63,631 nucleotides of DNA from Amoebophrya sp. A120. Taxonomy: Eukaryota; Protista; Dinoflagellata. Of the stretch, positions 35,261 through 49,133 are shown piece by piece. Where the stretch lies: NCBI GenBank assembly GCA_905178155.1, contig CAJINV010000014.1:310001-373631 (forward strand), given 5' to 3'. The notes beneath the pieces were generated by a model. The model was not told the origin of the DNA and searched no databases. It saw nothing but the letters and a program-made list of their open reading frames with translations. Position 1 is the stretch's first letter. Each line of letters begins with the position of its first letter. The position numbers were made by a program, and so were the translations under genes.

Positions 35261-38200
35261 CTACTTCCCCTTGCCCTTCGCCTTCCCCTGCGCAAATATT
35301 TCCGCAACTCTCTTGGTGTTTTTCGGCGCCCGTCCGATCAGATTCAACCCAGATGGGCCGACGGGGTCGATCCAAGCGGTCAGAAGGGTTTTGCTCTCCT
35401 GGTCTCCACCTCCGACCGGCACCGCGTGCAACAGGTAATACCACACCTCCCCAAGCTGGATCGCGATGAAGTTCCCTGTTGTTAATATTTGCGGTCTCGA
35501 AAAAATGTTTTGTCACGGAAGACAAGAACCCTCATCGGAAAAGCCATAATCAAGTAAACCAGGTAGTGAATCGCGGGAGTGGTCGTAGCTCGAGAGAAAA
35601 TGGCAGAGAAATAAACGTGATAGAATTAGCCAAGTCTTCAACTCAAGGAAAAAGAAGTCTGCATCTACTAGAGAATGTAAGTGGATGAAGATGAGACATG
35701 CGCAAAATAATACGAATGTATAATGAGTTGTACGCTTCTGCTCCACAAGCCCACGAATTTGCGGCGGTAGGGTGTGTAAGCTCTCCTCAGAAACCATCAT
35801 CTGCTTCGGTAACACCGCCTGGATCTGTTTGATCTGGCTCTCCGCGCCGGCCCGGGGCCGCTCATTTGGATCCGGTTGTACTTCCTTTCGCACTGCAACC
35901 TCTAAGCTCCGGAGATCCATCGGGTCCTGCAATCTGAAGATCATTCCCGCCTCTGTCACATTGTGCAGGAAGAAGTTCAAGTTGGCTGCTATGCCCTGCT
36001 CAACTGGATGAACAAAAATCTCAACCGGATGAAAATAGTGCAAAGCCTAAACTTGTCTTGCATATTAAAGCGGGCAAGACTACTACCTGCTCGACGTCCA
36101 GGGGTCGTCGTGCATGACAAATTTACCTGTGCAAGTTCCAATGCAGAGTTTGGAGGAGCCTCATACTATAGCTGTACTGCTCAGCTCCGTGATGGCTGGA
36201 GCTGGACTGATCCTCGAGAGCACTCTATGGAGTCGCAAACTTGATCGATTTCAGACCATTCCATTTGAGCAGGCCATAACTTCCTCCTTCTTCTTGATCA
36301 CCTCCGGAACAAGGAAATCGAACTCCTGGTAGTCATATTCTGCGCAAAAGAATCGCACTCGCACAAATTGCAAACATGCAAGACAAACCCCCTTCCTGAG
36401 GTAAATCAGCAAGACAAGACTTCTCATAGTTCATACTGTGCAAGGGATTTGATGTGATGGTCTGGCTAATGCTAGCGCGATAGTTTTGCACTGCATAACT
36501 CGAAGAGCGAATAGGCTTGGCAAAGCAAACGGCTTTGGTCTGGCTGCTGCGTGATGCACTGCAAATGTGCCGTCTGGGCCTGGAAACTTGCGATGCTAAA
36601 TGCTGACAGGGAGAACTACAAGCATAAAGCGTTCTTGCGGACGCCTCCCAATAGATACGGTGGCCCGTGCGCACAAGGCGCTTTTTTCATTCATAAACAA
36701 AAGGGCGGCTCCTCTCTGTCGCCCGGTGCAGATTTTCCAGATATGCAAGACATGCGGCACAACAAGCGCCACGCTTCCAGACCCAGACACATTCGCAGTT
36801 GGTAGGCGTGTTGACTGGCATTTCGAGCCCGAGGCTGCATCTCTGGTTCCAGAGCCTTTTATCTTGGACAATAATGGCAGGCGGTGGGGGGCCCTAGTAA
36901 TTTGGTAGCTTTACAGGTTCCAAATAATTCAGAGTAGTACATGCTTACACCGTATTGGATTGTGTACACTTTACTTGCACTTTCTTCAACCCACAGCAAC
37001 GTCACTCAGCACTGCACTGACGGCGTCCGGCATTGACAAGTCCGAGCGAAGACTACTTACACAGCCACCTGGGGATGACAAAGAAAAAAGGAAGACGGTG
37101 ACGGGCATAAGTTTACCTTGCCCTTGCTTCCCTTTCCAGCACAGGGGTCCGCTTTCCCCTTGCCCTTCAGCGCCATCGCCTCAGCCTTGCCTTTGCCGCC
37201 CTTGTCGTTTTTCTCAAACGTCGGGGACGATCCACTCATTCCGGCTTTACCTTTGTCCAGGGACGAAATCGACGCTCCGGTCTTGTTTACCTGGATTTGA
37301 TTGATGTGCGATCAAATCTCCCACGCAAAATGGATCAGCACACGGAGGAGCCGCATTAACAATAAAGGACACGACGGAGAAGTACATCGGGCTATGCAGT
37401 GTCCCCTTGAAAGTAGAAAAATCTGCATCTATGGCAGCAAGCGCCTCATTTCTTGTTCGTAGAATGAAATTATATGAGTACGTCCGGAGATGATATCTCG
37501 TTTTCCCCGTCATCCGCGCGCGTGCTGCCCGGGCTGGCGTACAGTGCAGCGGATACCGGTTTTTTTTGCTTTGTATGCATTGCAAAAGTATCGCATTCCA
37601 TTTCTATTTCATTGCTGTAATTGCATCACAAATTTTTCCTGCAGAAGCAAAAATAAATAAAAAAGGAAACCCAAAAATGCAGTTGCAGTGCTGACACAGG
37701 CCATCACAGAGGAGATTAAGATTTGTCATCCAGTATCGCAATTCGAAGTAGTACGAGTGTGATACTTTTGCAGTGGATACTTTTCAATTTCATCCGCGTC
37801 TGGCACTGAGGAGGATTTTTCCAACATTTTTGTCGGCGGCGCAGTCGCAAAAGTGGAGTCTTCTTTCTCGTCGATAAAAGTGGAGTCGTCTTTCTCGTCT
37901 TCCGTACAGATTGAAAAATGCTCAGCAGCAGGCTTCTTCTCTTTCTCTTTTTGCAGGAGCTCTTTATCGTCGTCGTCGTCCTTCGTGCCTGGAGCAGCGC
38001 CGTCGTAGTAATTGTGCTTGTTGTAGTTGTTCTTGTAGCTCGACGTCGTGTCTTTGTTCTTTTCCTCGTAGTTTTTGTAGTAGTTCTTGTAGGAATTGTT
38101 GTAATCGTTGGTAGTATAATCGTATCCTGCATTTTTTTCAGCTGGGCCTGTGGTCTCCTGCTTTGATGATGATGCCATCTGTGTCGTCTTGTAAGAGTTC

Positions 38201-40368
38201 TTGTTCCCCCGCCATCCGTGGTCCTCTTCCTGCGCCGCAGCCGCGCCAGCAGCAGCACCTTAATTGGCGAAAAACATAGTAGAGCATCTATCTATCATAC
38301 TCAATTTGTCATTCATAACTCAATTTGTCCTCATGCGCAACAGCCAAAAAGTTTTGACTTGCAGAGAAAAACTGCCAACATGGGCAGATAGGGCGGCGTT
38401 CAGGCAGCAAGACATAGCTCCGCAAATCTGCGGCTAGAAGTGATAGTGAAAGACAAGATCAAGGACTACACAACTCATCCGCCAGAGCACTCAAATGTAG
38501 CAGTACCTGCTGCAGCTCCTGCACTTGCATTTTTAGAAGCCCTTTCGTCTTCGCTCGGAGCAGCTGCAGCTGCATCCCATCCAGAGGTCGTTTCACTCGC
38601 AGCACAATCTTCATTATCCCCAGCACCCTGGATCTTTTCCGGCACTTTTCCAGACAAGTCGACATCTCCGTCTGTGTGTTTCGAAAGCGCGCGGACAAAA
38701 ACTTCCCCCGCGTGTGCACCCTCGCCAACGTACACCTCAATCCTCGGACAGTTTCCCTTGCAGTCCAGCTTTTCCAGGAGCAACAGCAAGGACAGATCTA
38801 GGTTGTCCTTGAGCCGTCGGCCGCCGTTCTGCTGCAGAAACTCCAGTGTGACGAAACCGTAGCGGTCCATGCCGTGTCGCTGGGAAGATTTTGGGATTGG
38901 TCATATAGGATTTAGAAACTTCGAAAAATGGCTTTTTTAGGCTCGGAGTCAGAACAAAAGAGACACAATTACTGCTTCGAGCAGCGGTCTGTCTCTACTT
39001 TGTGCGCGAGTGCGTCGTCGAGTTGAAAAATCTGAAAATCTTCGCACGAGGACATCACGACAGACAAGACGCATGATCACACTCATGGTCGTTATACGCA
39101 ACAGGTCCAATCATGTTGATTACTTATCGAAGCCACCACCTACGCCTACGTAGTACCGAATAGTGTCGGAGTTGCGAAGTGAGCTTTTTTCCCACTTCCA
39201 GCTGTTCCCAGCTTAGCTTTTCTACACCGCTCTCACCCCCGTCGTAGTCCTCTGCGGGACCGTGTCCGCCATGACGACTACCGTAAGTTTCACTGTAGTT
39301 CTGCCGTCCGTAGTTCCCCCGTCCCCGATCTTCGCAGGTATTAAAAGTATCTCCGTAGTGGTACGACCGATCCTTCCCTTTACCGCCCTTCTTGCCCTTT
39401 TTCCCCTTGCCTTTCTTTCCACTGGCCTTGTGGTCGTAATTCTGCTCCTCCTGCTGGTCGTCACGAGACCTCCAAGCTGCACTTCGGTCATTGTAGTTGT
39501 GAAAGGAGCTCGCTGTCCTGTCAGGGTTCATTTCATAGTGGCCGTAGTTCTTCTGACCGTGATTTTCGATTTCCTGGAACTCGTCCAAAACCTCCTGAGA
39601 AGTTATGATCGGCAAAGGAGAAACCTCGAAGACCATGCCAGTATCTTCACGACCGGAAAATCTCGCCCCCGCCTTATCATGGTCCTCGTCCCCTCCTGCA
39701 TAGAAGTTGTTCTTTTCTTGTCCACCTTTAGCTTTATCCCCCGAAGATGCAGCATTAAACGCATCATAAATGCTACTCGCGCTCCCCGAGCTCTTCGACG
39801 ACTGCGGCGCCGCTGCTTCCGGATCCTCCGGAGTAGTGACCTGGTGCAGCAGCTCTGGATCTTCGTACGAGGTCGAGTTGCGCCCGAAATTGTTGTAGGA
39901 CGCGGACTGATAGTCATCTTTTTCATCTTTGCCGGAGGACTGACAGACGGTCACGTCCACCTCCTGCGGACCTTTGCCATTTTCGTTTGATTTTTCGTTT
40001 TCCCAGGTTTTACCTTGATTCCACCGGTCGGATCTGGGGTACTCGTTTTTGGTCGTGTAGTCGCTCTTTGTGGCCTTTGCGCTGCCACTCATCTTCGACG
40101 TAATGTCCGCATCTTTATTCCAGGTATGAGCCGCGCTGTCGTCCCATGACTTATACTGGCTGTAGTCGACCCAATCTTTGTGATAGTCGTTGGCTCCTTG
40201 TTGTGCCGTAGCTTCGCCAGGAGCGTCGGCGCTCTCGGTCATGGCTCCTCCTTGTTTGTGTTTCATCTTCCCGTAGGTGTGGTTATACTCTTCATAGTCA
40301 TGATCCCCTGCTGTTCCCCAAGAGGTAGACTTGGCACCAGCGTAGGAGTCGTAAGAACGATCTCCCAT
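35261..40368 (-). CDS. Multi-exon low-complexity/KGK-rich protein containing a tRNA 2'-phosphotransferase (Tpt1/KptA) N-lobe-like domain
   Basis: GT-AG intron 38880-39156 joins KKLTSQLRHYS to RHGMDRYGFVTLEFL..PRIEV..FVRALSKHT. GT-AG intron 38259-38506 and introners 37574-37779, 36553-36804 and 36336-36497 continue the frame. The 3' exon structure below ~36300 is uncertain. Confidence 0.55.
36336..36497. mobile_element. Introner family B (degenerate)
   Basis: tattctgcgcaaaagaatcgc..gcgatagttttgcactgcata; flanks agtca/actcg. Confidence 0.65.
36553..36804. mobile_element. Introner family A (degenerate)
   Basis: gatgcactgcaaatgtg..ccagacccagacacattcgcagttggta; TSD tgcgt/ggcgt. Confidence 0.7.
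37574..37779. mobile_element. Introner family B
   Basis: tatgcattgcaaaagtatc..gatacttttgcagtggata; TSD ctttg/ctttt; restores EIEK|QKKP. Confidence 0.85.
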
Positions 40369-43300
40369 TTTTTTTTCGTGATCTGCTGCGACGGATAACG
40401 ATATCAGATCTCAAAACTGCATGGCGTCGATAACGAAGCAAATACAAAATTCAAATAGACGAAGACCCATAACAGAACTGAATGTAGTCAAGAATTCGCG
40501 TCGTGAAGTAGACACTGGTCTATAACTCTCAAAGTCAAAACTTGTATATTCCTGTGTGTGCTACTTTTTAGTACTACAACGTATTATAAAGCACTACTTT
40601 ACAACTACTTCGTGTAAGTATATCGATTCCTGATCGAGATTGATGACCCCACTTCGTCTTCCTGCCTAGTAAAGGGCTTCTACTCAACCGCCGCTTGCGT
40701 ACAGAAGTCGATCTGTAAGTACTTAATCTCTGCCAATGCCACGCCAATTATATGCAAGCGCAACTCCGGGAGGTAATAGTGAATCTTGCTACAGATGAAG
40801 GGAAACATGGCACAACAGCTGTCAGTCTGGTCTTGTTTACCTACCTTGTCACATGTTGATGTTGTTTGAGCTACGTCGCTCCAGCACACGAAAAGATGTA
40901 GTTATTGAGCAATGTATGTAAACAGAAAAACCTTTTTCAACACGACAATCATGATCACGACGAGCACCAGTTCCTCCACCACCACCAGCCTTGGATCATC
41001 ACAGCTTTTGATGCACGCAGAAGAGAACCTTCATCGTGGAGCTACTTACTTCGGTCGGGAACAAGTCCACAAGCTCGTCAACTGTCTGGAGATCCTCTGT
41101 CTGAAGTTCACAACTCCTGTCTGATGATCCTCTTTTGGTCGTCTCGTCCTGTTTCTGAATACTTCTTCTAACGCCAGCAAATAAAGTAGAAGTGAAGACC
41201 GCATCACGAAGATCGCTATCGAAGATCTTTCCGCAGAGTTAGAAGACGCTGCTTGATCAAACTACCACGACTCCTTCACCGGCCTTTTCGTACAGACACG
41301 GTGGTCACAGAGTTCTTTGTAGCGTAAAAATATTTGCCGCGAGAATTCCTTTACTGTATAGCTGTCGAGGACCTTCTACCGGTACCTCTTTGGAGATCAT
41401 CCTCACGAAACCACCTACCCATGTTCGCGGATTGTGTCTGGAATCCCTCTGCACTGAAACATTTTTGAACATAGACAAATTTACGAGCATTAACTGCCCT
41501 CCTTTTCAGGATATCAATCCGCGCAACGAACAAAAATGTATGCGAACGATTTGCGGGTCGGATTCTCCCGACATAAAAATAAAAAGCATTCCTCCAATTT
41601 TCAACCACTCACACTGACAGGTCCTGCACGCACTAAAAATACGAGACCACGGTGATTTTGTTGCTCTGATGCGGGCGGCCCTTGCTCCCTTCATCTTTCG
41701 CTGCCTCTGTCAGTCTCAATCTCGACGGCGTACGCGTACACAATGGTACTATAAAGCTTTTACTCATGACTGTTTCATCACATTCAAGCTGTGATACTAG
41801 GTCAGTAGTGGCAGTGTAATATCAGCAGGAGCTGATACTGTAAAACTTCTCGGATACATCAGTTCTTGACGTCGCTAGAGGTAGGCCGTAATCTTCTGGG
41901 GGCCGCAGCGGCCTCATGGTCCAAAAAAGCTATCAATCGCCCCACTTCCTTCTCCCGACCTTGTGGACATGAAAGCCAATAATGCCCCAAGGTCGTCGGA
42001 AGTTGTTGTGAGCTTCTGGTTCTGCGATGTAGCATTTTTGCAGGAGGTGGTTGTTCTTATGGATTAGCTACACTTATTGTTGTTCATCCGTGAGTTTATT
42101 TTAGTACTTTGCAGGCGCCGGCTCTGCAGGGACTGGTGACAAAAAAATCTTCAAATGTAACGAGCTTCTTTGGACTGGCGACAAAAAAATCAAAACTTGT
42201 GTTTATTTCACATTTTCTTTGCACGTGAAAAAAAAAGTCGTTCCAATTTGTACAGGTGTTAAAAAACGTTTTGAAAAATGATGTTGTGCACGAAAAAAAT
42301 CATATCAAGTTGTAGTCTTGCTACCAAAACCAAATACCCCAAAGCACTTACACCCAGCACGCGGCAGAAATTTGCCAATAGGATCTGATAGGCCGCCTGG
42401 AAGTACCGAAAAATTTTGGCTTTTTTGTGTTCTTCCGGCAGCGACAGATTGTGGGAGTTTTGGCAACGGTAACAGAGAAAAAAAAATCAGGTACATTTTT
42501 CTCCTCGGTATTGCAAGAAAAATCAAAGAAGAAATTGAAATTCATACAGTGCTTGCAAGCCAAAACGAAAGAAACCAGTAGACTGCAACCATGCAACTAA
42601 TGGCTCCTCTTCGTGAAGACTGCGAGTGCAGCGACTGGCTAACGCTTGATGTTGCTACTTCTCCTACTTCATTATCAATGCTAGTCCAAAAAGTTCTACT
42701 CTCCCAAACTACAGGAGCATGAAATCATTCTATCGCAACACAGAAACCAATTTGCTACTAGTGAACAAGAACTGGTCTCGCAGACACGAAAGCTCAAGAA
42801 GTCATCCATTACTTCTCGAGCCTTTCGATACCTGCGAACTCCTGCATGCGTATTCCATTTTCTTTTGCGCTCTGTTCTCAGAATAGACGACATTAGGAAT
42901 GCCAGAGCGCTTTTTTGTACGGAAGTCAGTTCATCTTTCTATGTACATTTTTCAAGTATGCACTTACCCTAGTATAAAAGTAGGACGTGGAGGGTTGTAA
43001 GTACATTTTGGCATTACAATGATGTAGTGGAATGAAACAAACTCAAGAATATTTGTATTTCCCAAGAACGAATCTGATATCAAAATCTAGCCAACCCTGA
43101 GATAAAAAGTTGCTCGGCAAGTAGCTGCTGCTACAAAAAAAGACCGCGACAAAAAAATCTTCTTCTGTCGCAGGACTGGTGAAGCGGCAGCTGTAGTTTC
43201 TGCTGCTGCACAAGGTGAAAGCGACACAGTTACAGATAGTACGCAAGGTTATCGTGAAATACAAGATTTTTAGACTGTGCGGTCATCGCGAAATAAACGA

Positions 43301-43402
43301 AAGTGACAACGTGGCAATGGTCCTCCTGCTCACGTGGTTCATCTCGTTTTGTACTATGGCTGGGGGTGGACATCAATTTTGAATTCTTACATCCCAGTAA
43401 GA

Positions 43403-46400
43403 TCAACAATGAAACACCTGGACCCTGGGTCCCGTGGTGCGGCAAACCGGGCACTTCGTGGGCTGCAAGGACTTCCCGGGCTGTTTTGCCTTGCGCAAAT
43501 CGTGAATGTCGAGATCGAGTGCGCACTCGCTGCAGAGTGCGAGGTGACGGCAGTTGGTGAATAGCTCCGTCGCAATACTATCCATGCAAATCACGCACTT
43601 GCCGACCGCCGCTTTGTTGTTTTCTTGCGCCTGCTGGTCATCGTGAATCTCGTCGCAAAAATTATCTTCACTGTCATCATCTTCTTCACCCGTGGTACTA
43701 GTATCTACTTCCGAAGTTGGAGAAGTCGCGGTGTCGTTCTTCATTTCGATGTCGTAACCTCCGGAAGAAGCTGCGGATGTGGACGTGGCACCTCCTGCTC
43801 CAGAAACCACCGCGCCGATGGAAGTAGATGCAACGAGCGCACTGCCGGTGGTTTTGTATGCATGGTTGTAGTCCAGCATCGGGTCCCTAAAGCCGTTATC
43901 TGTGTGCTCCCCCAAGTAGTGGCTCAGGTCCGACCGCGTGTAGTAATTTTTCGCGGAGAAGAGGGTAGTATTTTTGCTGCCGCTCTTCTTTTTCCGGCCT
44001 GCAGATCGTTTATTCCCCCGCTTGCCGTTCTTAGGTATATTTTTACCTCGATTGTTTTTACCATTAAATGCCCGGACGAGTGCCCCGTTCGAGGTTAGGG
44101 TTACAACTTCGTCGTCTGTCGTTATTATGTTCGTGGTCTCTACTATAACAGGCTCAGATGTCGAATTCAAAGGATTTTGAAAAAAATTTTTTAGCTTGCT
44201 AAAGCGCCTAAATACTTAAACTTTAAATAGCTACTTATGCATTCTAAGCTAGTTAGTTCAGGTTCCGGTAGGTTCTTTGCGGATGCGTGCGCATCCGCAA
44301 AGGACCTACCGGAGTCTAAGTTAGCTAGTTTAAAATCACATCATTTAAAAAACTAGGTAGTTTTTGAAGGCGCTTTCGCTAGCTAAAAAATTTTTTTCAA
44401 AAATGTTTGAATTCGACATCTGAGCCTGTTATATCTACAGCTCCTGCTTCGCCGAAGCTGTTACTAGTACTTCCCCGTCGCCGCCGGTTTCTGGTGGAAG
44501 ACGAGCTTTTATTTCGGCCATTATGCCGACAGGAAGAGGAGGAGGAGGAGCTGTTCTCATCTTGCTGGGCAATAGTATGCAACAAAAATTCACCGACACC
44601 GACACCGTAGCCATTGCTAGATGCACCCACAAAATGCAACATCACAAGAAATTGTTCTTTGCCATACAGCAGGCTAGTACAACTTGCCGAGTTGAATAAG
44701 CTTGTGGAATTACAAAGTTGTTACTTCATGCAGAAACTCAACTGCAGAACTTGTACGTCGTGCACGGGAAAAGTATGAATTTCGCTGTGGATAAGATAAG
44801 GGCTGTGCACGGTCTTCACCAGATCTCCGCCCACCATTTTGTTCATCGGAGGCTACAGCTGCCATCGCAGACGAACTACTTTGCCGAAAGCTGCGACGCC
44901 GGGTGCTGTACTGGTAGGTGCTAGCGGCCGCCAACGTCAGTGGTGGATAAGACCCGTCGACGTCAACCACGTCTGAGATCGAGGCTCCGAAAGCAGTAGA
45001 ACTAAGACTATTGCTATTGTAACCAGCGGCCGCGTTAAAAAAAGGACTACTACCAGCACTCCCGGGGTTCATGATGTAGTTCCTGTTCGCCCTACTGCTT
45101 CTGCTTCCCCCGGCGCCGCCGCCGCACAGTTGTGGTCCCCTTGGCAGCGCTTTCTGGTCCTCCTCGTCTTCACAGGCATCGTGGTAAAAGTTCCGCTCCA
45201 GCTCCCGATTACACATCTTCGCCTCGAATTGCTCCGACAGCTCCTCTAGCCGCTCCACTTGCTTTTTGCGATTGAAACTCAAATTCTTCTGGTGCTGGGC
45301 TTGCTGGGCGCTCAGGGTGCTGCAGGCGGAGAGCGTGGATCGCCGTGAGCTGGTGATGCTCCCGGAGTGGTTGGAAGATATGCATTGCAAACATGTCGGC
45401 GTCTGGATTTGTGACGCGAAATTGGAAAGACAGCGAGGATTTATGATGCATATTAATGCTGTGTCATGCAAGCCTGAGGATCTTCACAAGAAATTCGCTG
45501 CGTCTTATCTTTCCAGACCTAGACATTTTTGCACTTCGTAGAGGAAGTTGCAATGCCATTGGGCGGAACCACAGCCACTCCTCCGGAAGTAGTCGTGGTG
45601 GCCGTCGGTGGTTGAAGATCTTCTTGGCGCTCTTCTCCACGCTGCAGTGGCAGGCCCGCCCCCTGTAGCGATGAATTATTATGCTCATCAATATTTCCAG
45701 TGGTAGTGGTACTACTATTCAGGTCCTCGTGCTGCAGCTGTCCCTGTCGCTCTTGATGTAATTCAACTGGCGGTGCAGCGGCAGGAGATGATGGCTGTTC
45801 CTCCGGGGACGTAGTAGTAGTAGACGAGCCCTGGAGCTCATCATGTTGAGCCGCGGAATGTGGGGCGATCGCAGGAGGAACTCCTTCCGCCTCCGCTGGA
45901 GCAGTTGAAGTGGTGGTCATGGGCATGGCGGCTGTAGCAGTTGAATTTGAAGCTCCAGGAGCAAGATTCGGATCCTGAGCGGCGGGAGAAGCAGACACAG
46001 CACCGCCGGTGGAGATCAATGCCGGTACCACCACATGTGGATTCGCGGCCGTCGTCGACGTCGCCCCCATTGTACTATTATTTTCTGTGTGAGCCGTGCT
46101 GGAGCTGACACTGTTCACGGTGGCATTCGTAACCGCTGTGAAGGTACTAGTCGCCACTGTAGTGGACGAGCTGGAGGGTAGTTCTCCTCCGCTTGCTGTT
46201 GCAGCTAAGTGGCGAGAAGGTTCTTGAAAAGCGACGACGTTGTTTGCACTAGTGTGAGCTAAAGTCGTAGTCGGTCTGCTTGATGTTGTCGTACTAGTCG
46301 AGGGCACAGTACAACTTCTTGTGGGGGCCGCTGAGTCATTTAACTCGTGGTCATCATAATTTTCAATACCTTCTGGTACTAGAGTTGTCACCGCAGCTTC

Positions 46401-47138
46401 ATCTGCGCTAGAAGTTGCAGTCGCATTTCTCCCCGATGTTGCGCCGCACGTGGTTATTACAGAAGTTGTAGATCCTGTCGTTGTAGAAGTAATTCCGCCA
46501 GCAGTTGTTCTTCTGGCTTCCTGTAAAGACGTCCGCTTGTTCAGCAACTCTTCGAGACGTTGATCGATTTCCGCTGCGGTCACGACGACCTCGGTTGTTC
46601 GGTGAGGAGCAGCTTGTTCTGCGGAAGAACTGCCAGCGGCTGTCCCTCGTGTAGTACCACCGCCGGAGGTGGAAGATCGCGCGCCAGCAAGTGAGGTAAA
46701 AAACCCGTGAACGACGGCTCTTGTTCCAGCAGGACCGCTACTCCGCCACTCAGACATGAAATCATGAGCATCGATTATTTGGTCTTCACCAGCACGACCA
46801 CCCCCGACTGTTGCAGCTGGAGGGTGGTTCATCACGCCGCCTGCTTGCACACGATCGTTATCAGCGGCCGTGTAAGAACTACCGTTGAAAGAAGTAGAAC
46901 CAGCTCCGGTACTATAATTGTTACACGACTTTGCAAGTTCGGCCAGCACGTAGGGCAGGAAAAACAACCACACCAGCACCGCGGCGTAGCCCATCAGAGT
47001 CACTGGGTCAAGACCTGCTATCATGTCCGCGATCTTGTTTTGGTTGTCGTGGAGGTCGTTGTGCGTGCTTGTACTTCCTAGTAGAAGTTCCTGCATATTT
47101 TTCTGCCACATGAGAAACAAGTCGTGTGGGCTGAACAT
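43403..47138 (-). CDS. Membrane-anchored C-terminal RING (C3HC4_3-type) E3 ligase-like protein
   Basis: N-terminal hydrophobic LMGYAAVLVWLFFLPYVLA; C-terminal CVICMD..NCRHLALCSEC..CPVCR. Frame is continuous after removing elements 45379-45540, 44576-44712 and 44144-44433. Confidence 0.8.
44144..44433. mobile_element. 290-bp fully palindromic foldback element acting as an intron
   Basis: 28-nt perfect terminal IR tataacaggctcagatgtcgaattcaaa; arms pair imperfectly up to a 2-nt loop at 44288-44289; TSD tctac; restores GAVE|TTN. Confidence 0.92.
45379..45540. mobile_element. Introner family A (short)
   Basis: tatgcattgcaaacatgtc..gacatttttgcacttcgta; TSD gaaga/gagga. Confidence 0.8.
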
Positions 47139-48014
47139 GATCACGGAGTAGCAAGAAACGATAGTGCAGGAGGACCAGTGGAGATTGTGTGTCTTCAGAA
47201 GAAGAAGCGGACTTTAAAACGAAAGATTTTTCTTGTTGAGCACTTAGTCGTGGAGCAGCAAGTCCGCGTGGGGTAGTGGTCGTGTGAGTAGTGCAGAAAG
47301 ATCTCCGCTTGGCACGCTTCGCCGCGCTAGATTTAGTGCGGAGGGGGGGCTACGGCGAGGCGATACTCGTGGAAGTCATCAATGGGGAATGGTGCTATTT
47401 CTATTTGTCTTTATTTGCGGTACTAGACCACGACGTCCAGATAGACAACATCAATATTTAGTGGCACGACATCAAACCGGAGTTGTCAAGGAAGTTCAGT
47501 ATGTATGCAAGAAGGGTAAAAAAAAGTGAATGTAAACAACATTTTGTAGAATAACCGAGAAAGCTAGTCGCACGGACGCTTTCTCGAAGAAAAGCTCAAG
47601 GATATCGAATAAAAAGTGAACAAATTCGTCGCTAGTGTAAAAATTTGCAATAGTTTTTTCCTACAATTCTATTTCAGGTTGCACCATCCCCAAAGAAAAT
47701 CTCGAGGCAGATTCAAGCTTAGAATGTAGTAGGTAGCTGTATCAAATACTTCGACTTCTAGTTGTACTGTTCCCTATGAGCAATTTGCAATTTGATACTC
47801 ACAGATGATTCCGCTTCCCTTCATCAATCGAAATGGCAAAATTTGGATCCTCATCTTGTCGTTCCCCTTTTTCTCCTTTTTTGTAATTAAAGCGATGTTT
47901 ACATTTACTGGAGTTCAGAAGATGATGACAAAGCCGGGCTTTTTTCTAGTTTTGCTGCAATCATGCGATCGCTCTCGCTCTCCCTCAAAGTTGTAACTGA
48001 AAGCTCAAAGGACA

Positions 48015-49133
48015 CTAGTTTTGCACACATGGTCGAAGGCAGTGGACAATAAGGCATGGCAAAAACTTTATCCGTCTGGCAGCTTGCAGCTGGGAACTTA
48101 TCCAGTTTGCGCTTCTTTTTGTGTTTCTTGCTGTGGGCTCTGGGACCAAAAGAAACACCTCGACAACACCACTCCGGATCACTGCCTGGCCCCCCTCCCA
48201 TGGCCATGGTAGTGTATATTAATTTTGCGCGCGTTTCAGAAGCCACCCAGACCCAGTTGCTAAGCCGGTTTCACTCCGAAAGAAACGGAGAAAGAAAGGA
48301 GGTCGGGCAAAAGAGCGCGGGGCGCCCAGGCTATGTGTTACCCCGTTCTCCCCCCCTCCCCCCCCCATTTTCCTGCGTTTTGTTGTTTATTCAATGCGAA
48401 CGCACAAAAGACAACGAAAACCGGGCAACCTAGGCCATGAAGCGCAAAGCGGCACCCTGGAAAAAAAAGTTTTTACTTTAGCCCATTCCCCTGCCGGGTT
48501 TTGCAAATGAAAATTGCGCCGAAAACCAAATCTCTGCCGGACTTTTGGCAAAAAAAAAACTGCCGAAATTTGGCAAGATTGAAAAGCCTTGTCATGGCTT
48601 AGGTTGTCCGGCTTCGCATTTTGCGCGTTCATGCTATCCAATGGCCCGCCGCCCTACCGCCCCCCGCCTCCTTTTTTCCTCTGGCTATTCCAATCGGCAC
48701 GGGCTGCCTAAGCAAATGCGCAGGCAGTGAGCGCAGTCCACCAGCTCCCCACCGCGGGCAGCCACTTCGGCGATGGCTCCCAAACACGAAAAAAGCGCAG
48801 CGCCGCGCCGCGCCTTGGTTGTTTCATTTACGCAGGGCCCCGCGGGCGCGGAAGCAGTTCGCGCAGCTGCGCAGTTCGCAGTCCGTGAGACAGCTCGCGC
48901 CGCTGCGCAGTTCGCAGTCCGTCAGTTCGTGCAGCTGCGCAGGTCGCAGCTTGTCAGCACGTTACGAGGCCCCGAATTTTTTCAGTTTGCAGCTTGTCAG
49001 TACGCCACGAGGACTCGATTTTTTTCAGTTTGCGGTTTGTCAGTACGTTACAAAACACCGAAAACTCGAAAGCCAGAACCTAGGCTAGTTTTGCACACGT
49101 GGTCGAAGGCAGCGGACAATAAGGCATGGCAAA
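48015..49133. repeat. Region bounded by 49-bp direct repeats with internal GC-rich tandem repeats
   Basis: ctagttttgcacacrtggtcgaaggcagyggacaataaggcatggcaaa at 48015-48063 and 49085-49133 (2 mismatches); gctgcgcagttcgcagtccgt-like and tttttcagtttgc..tgtcagtacg repeats at about 48855-49050. Confidence 0.85.

Noticed and set aside
40400-43400. Possible small gene and a ~20-bp direct repeat (ggactggygacaaaaaaa at about 42130 and 42172)
   Set aside because: No coherent exon chain found; the repeat looks like a local duplication.
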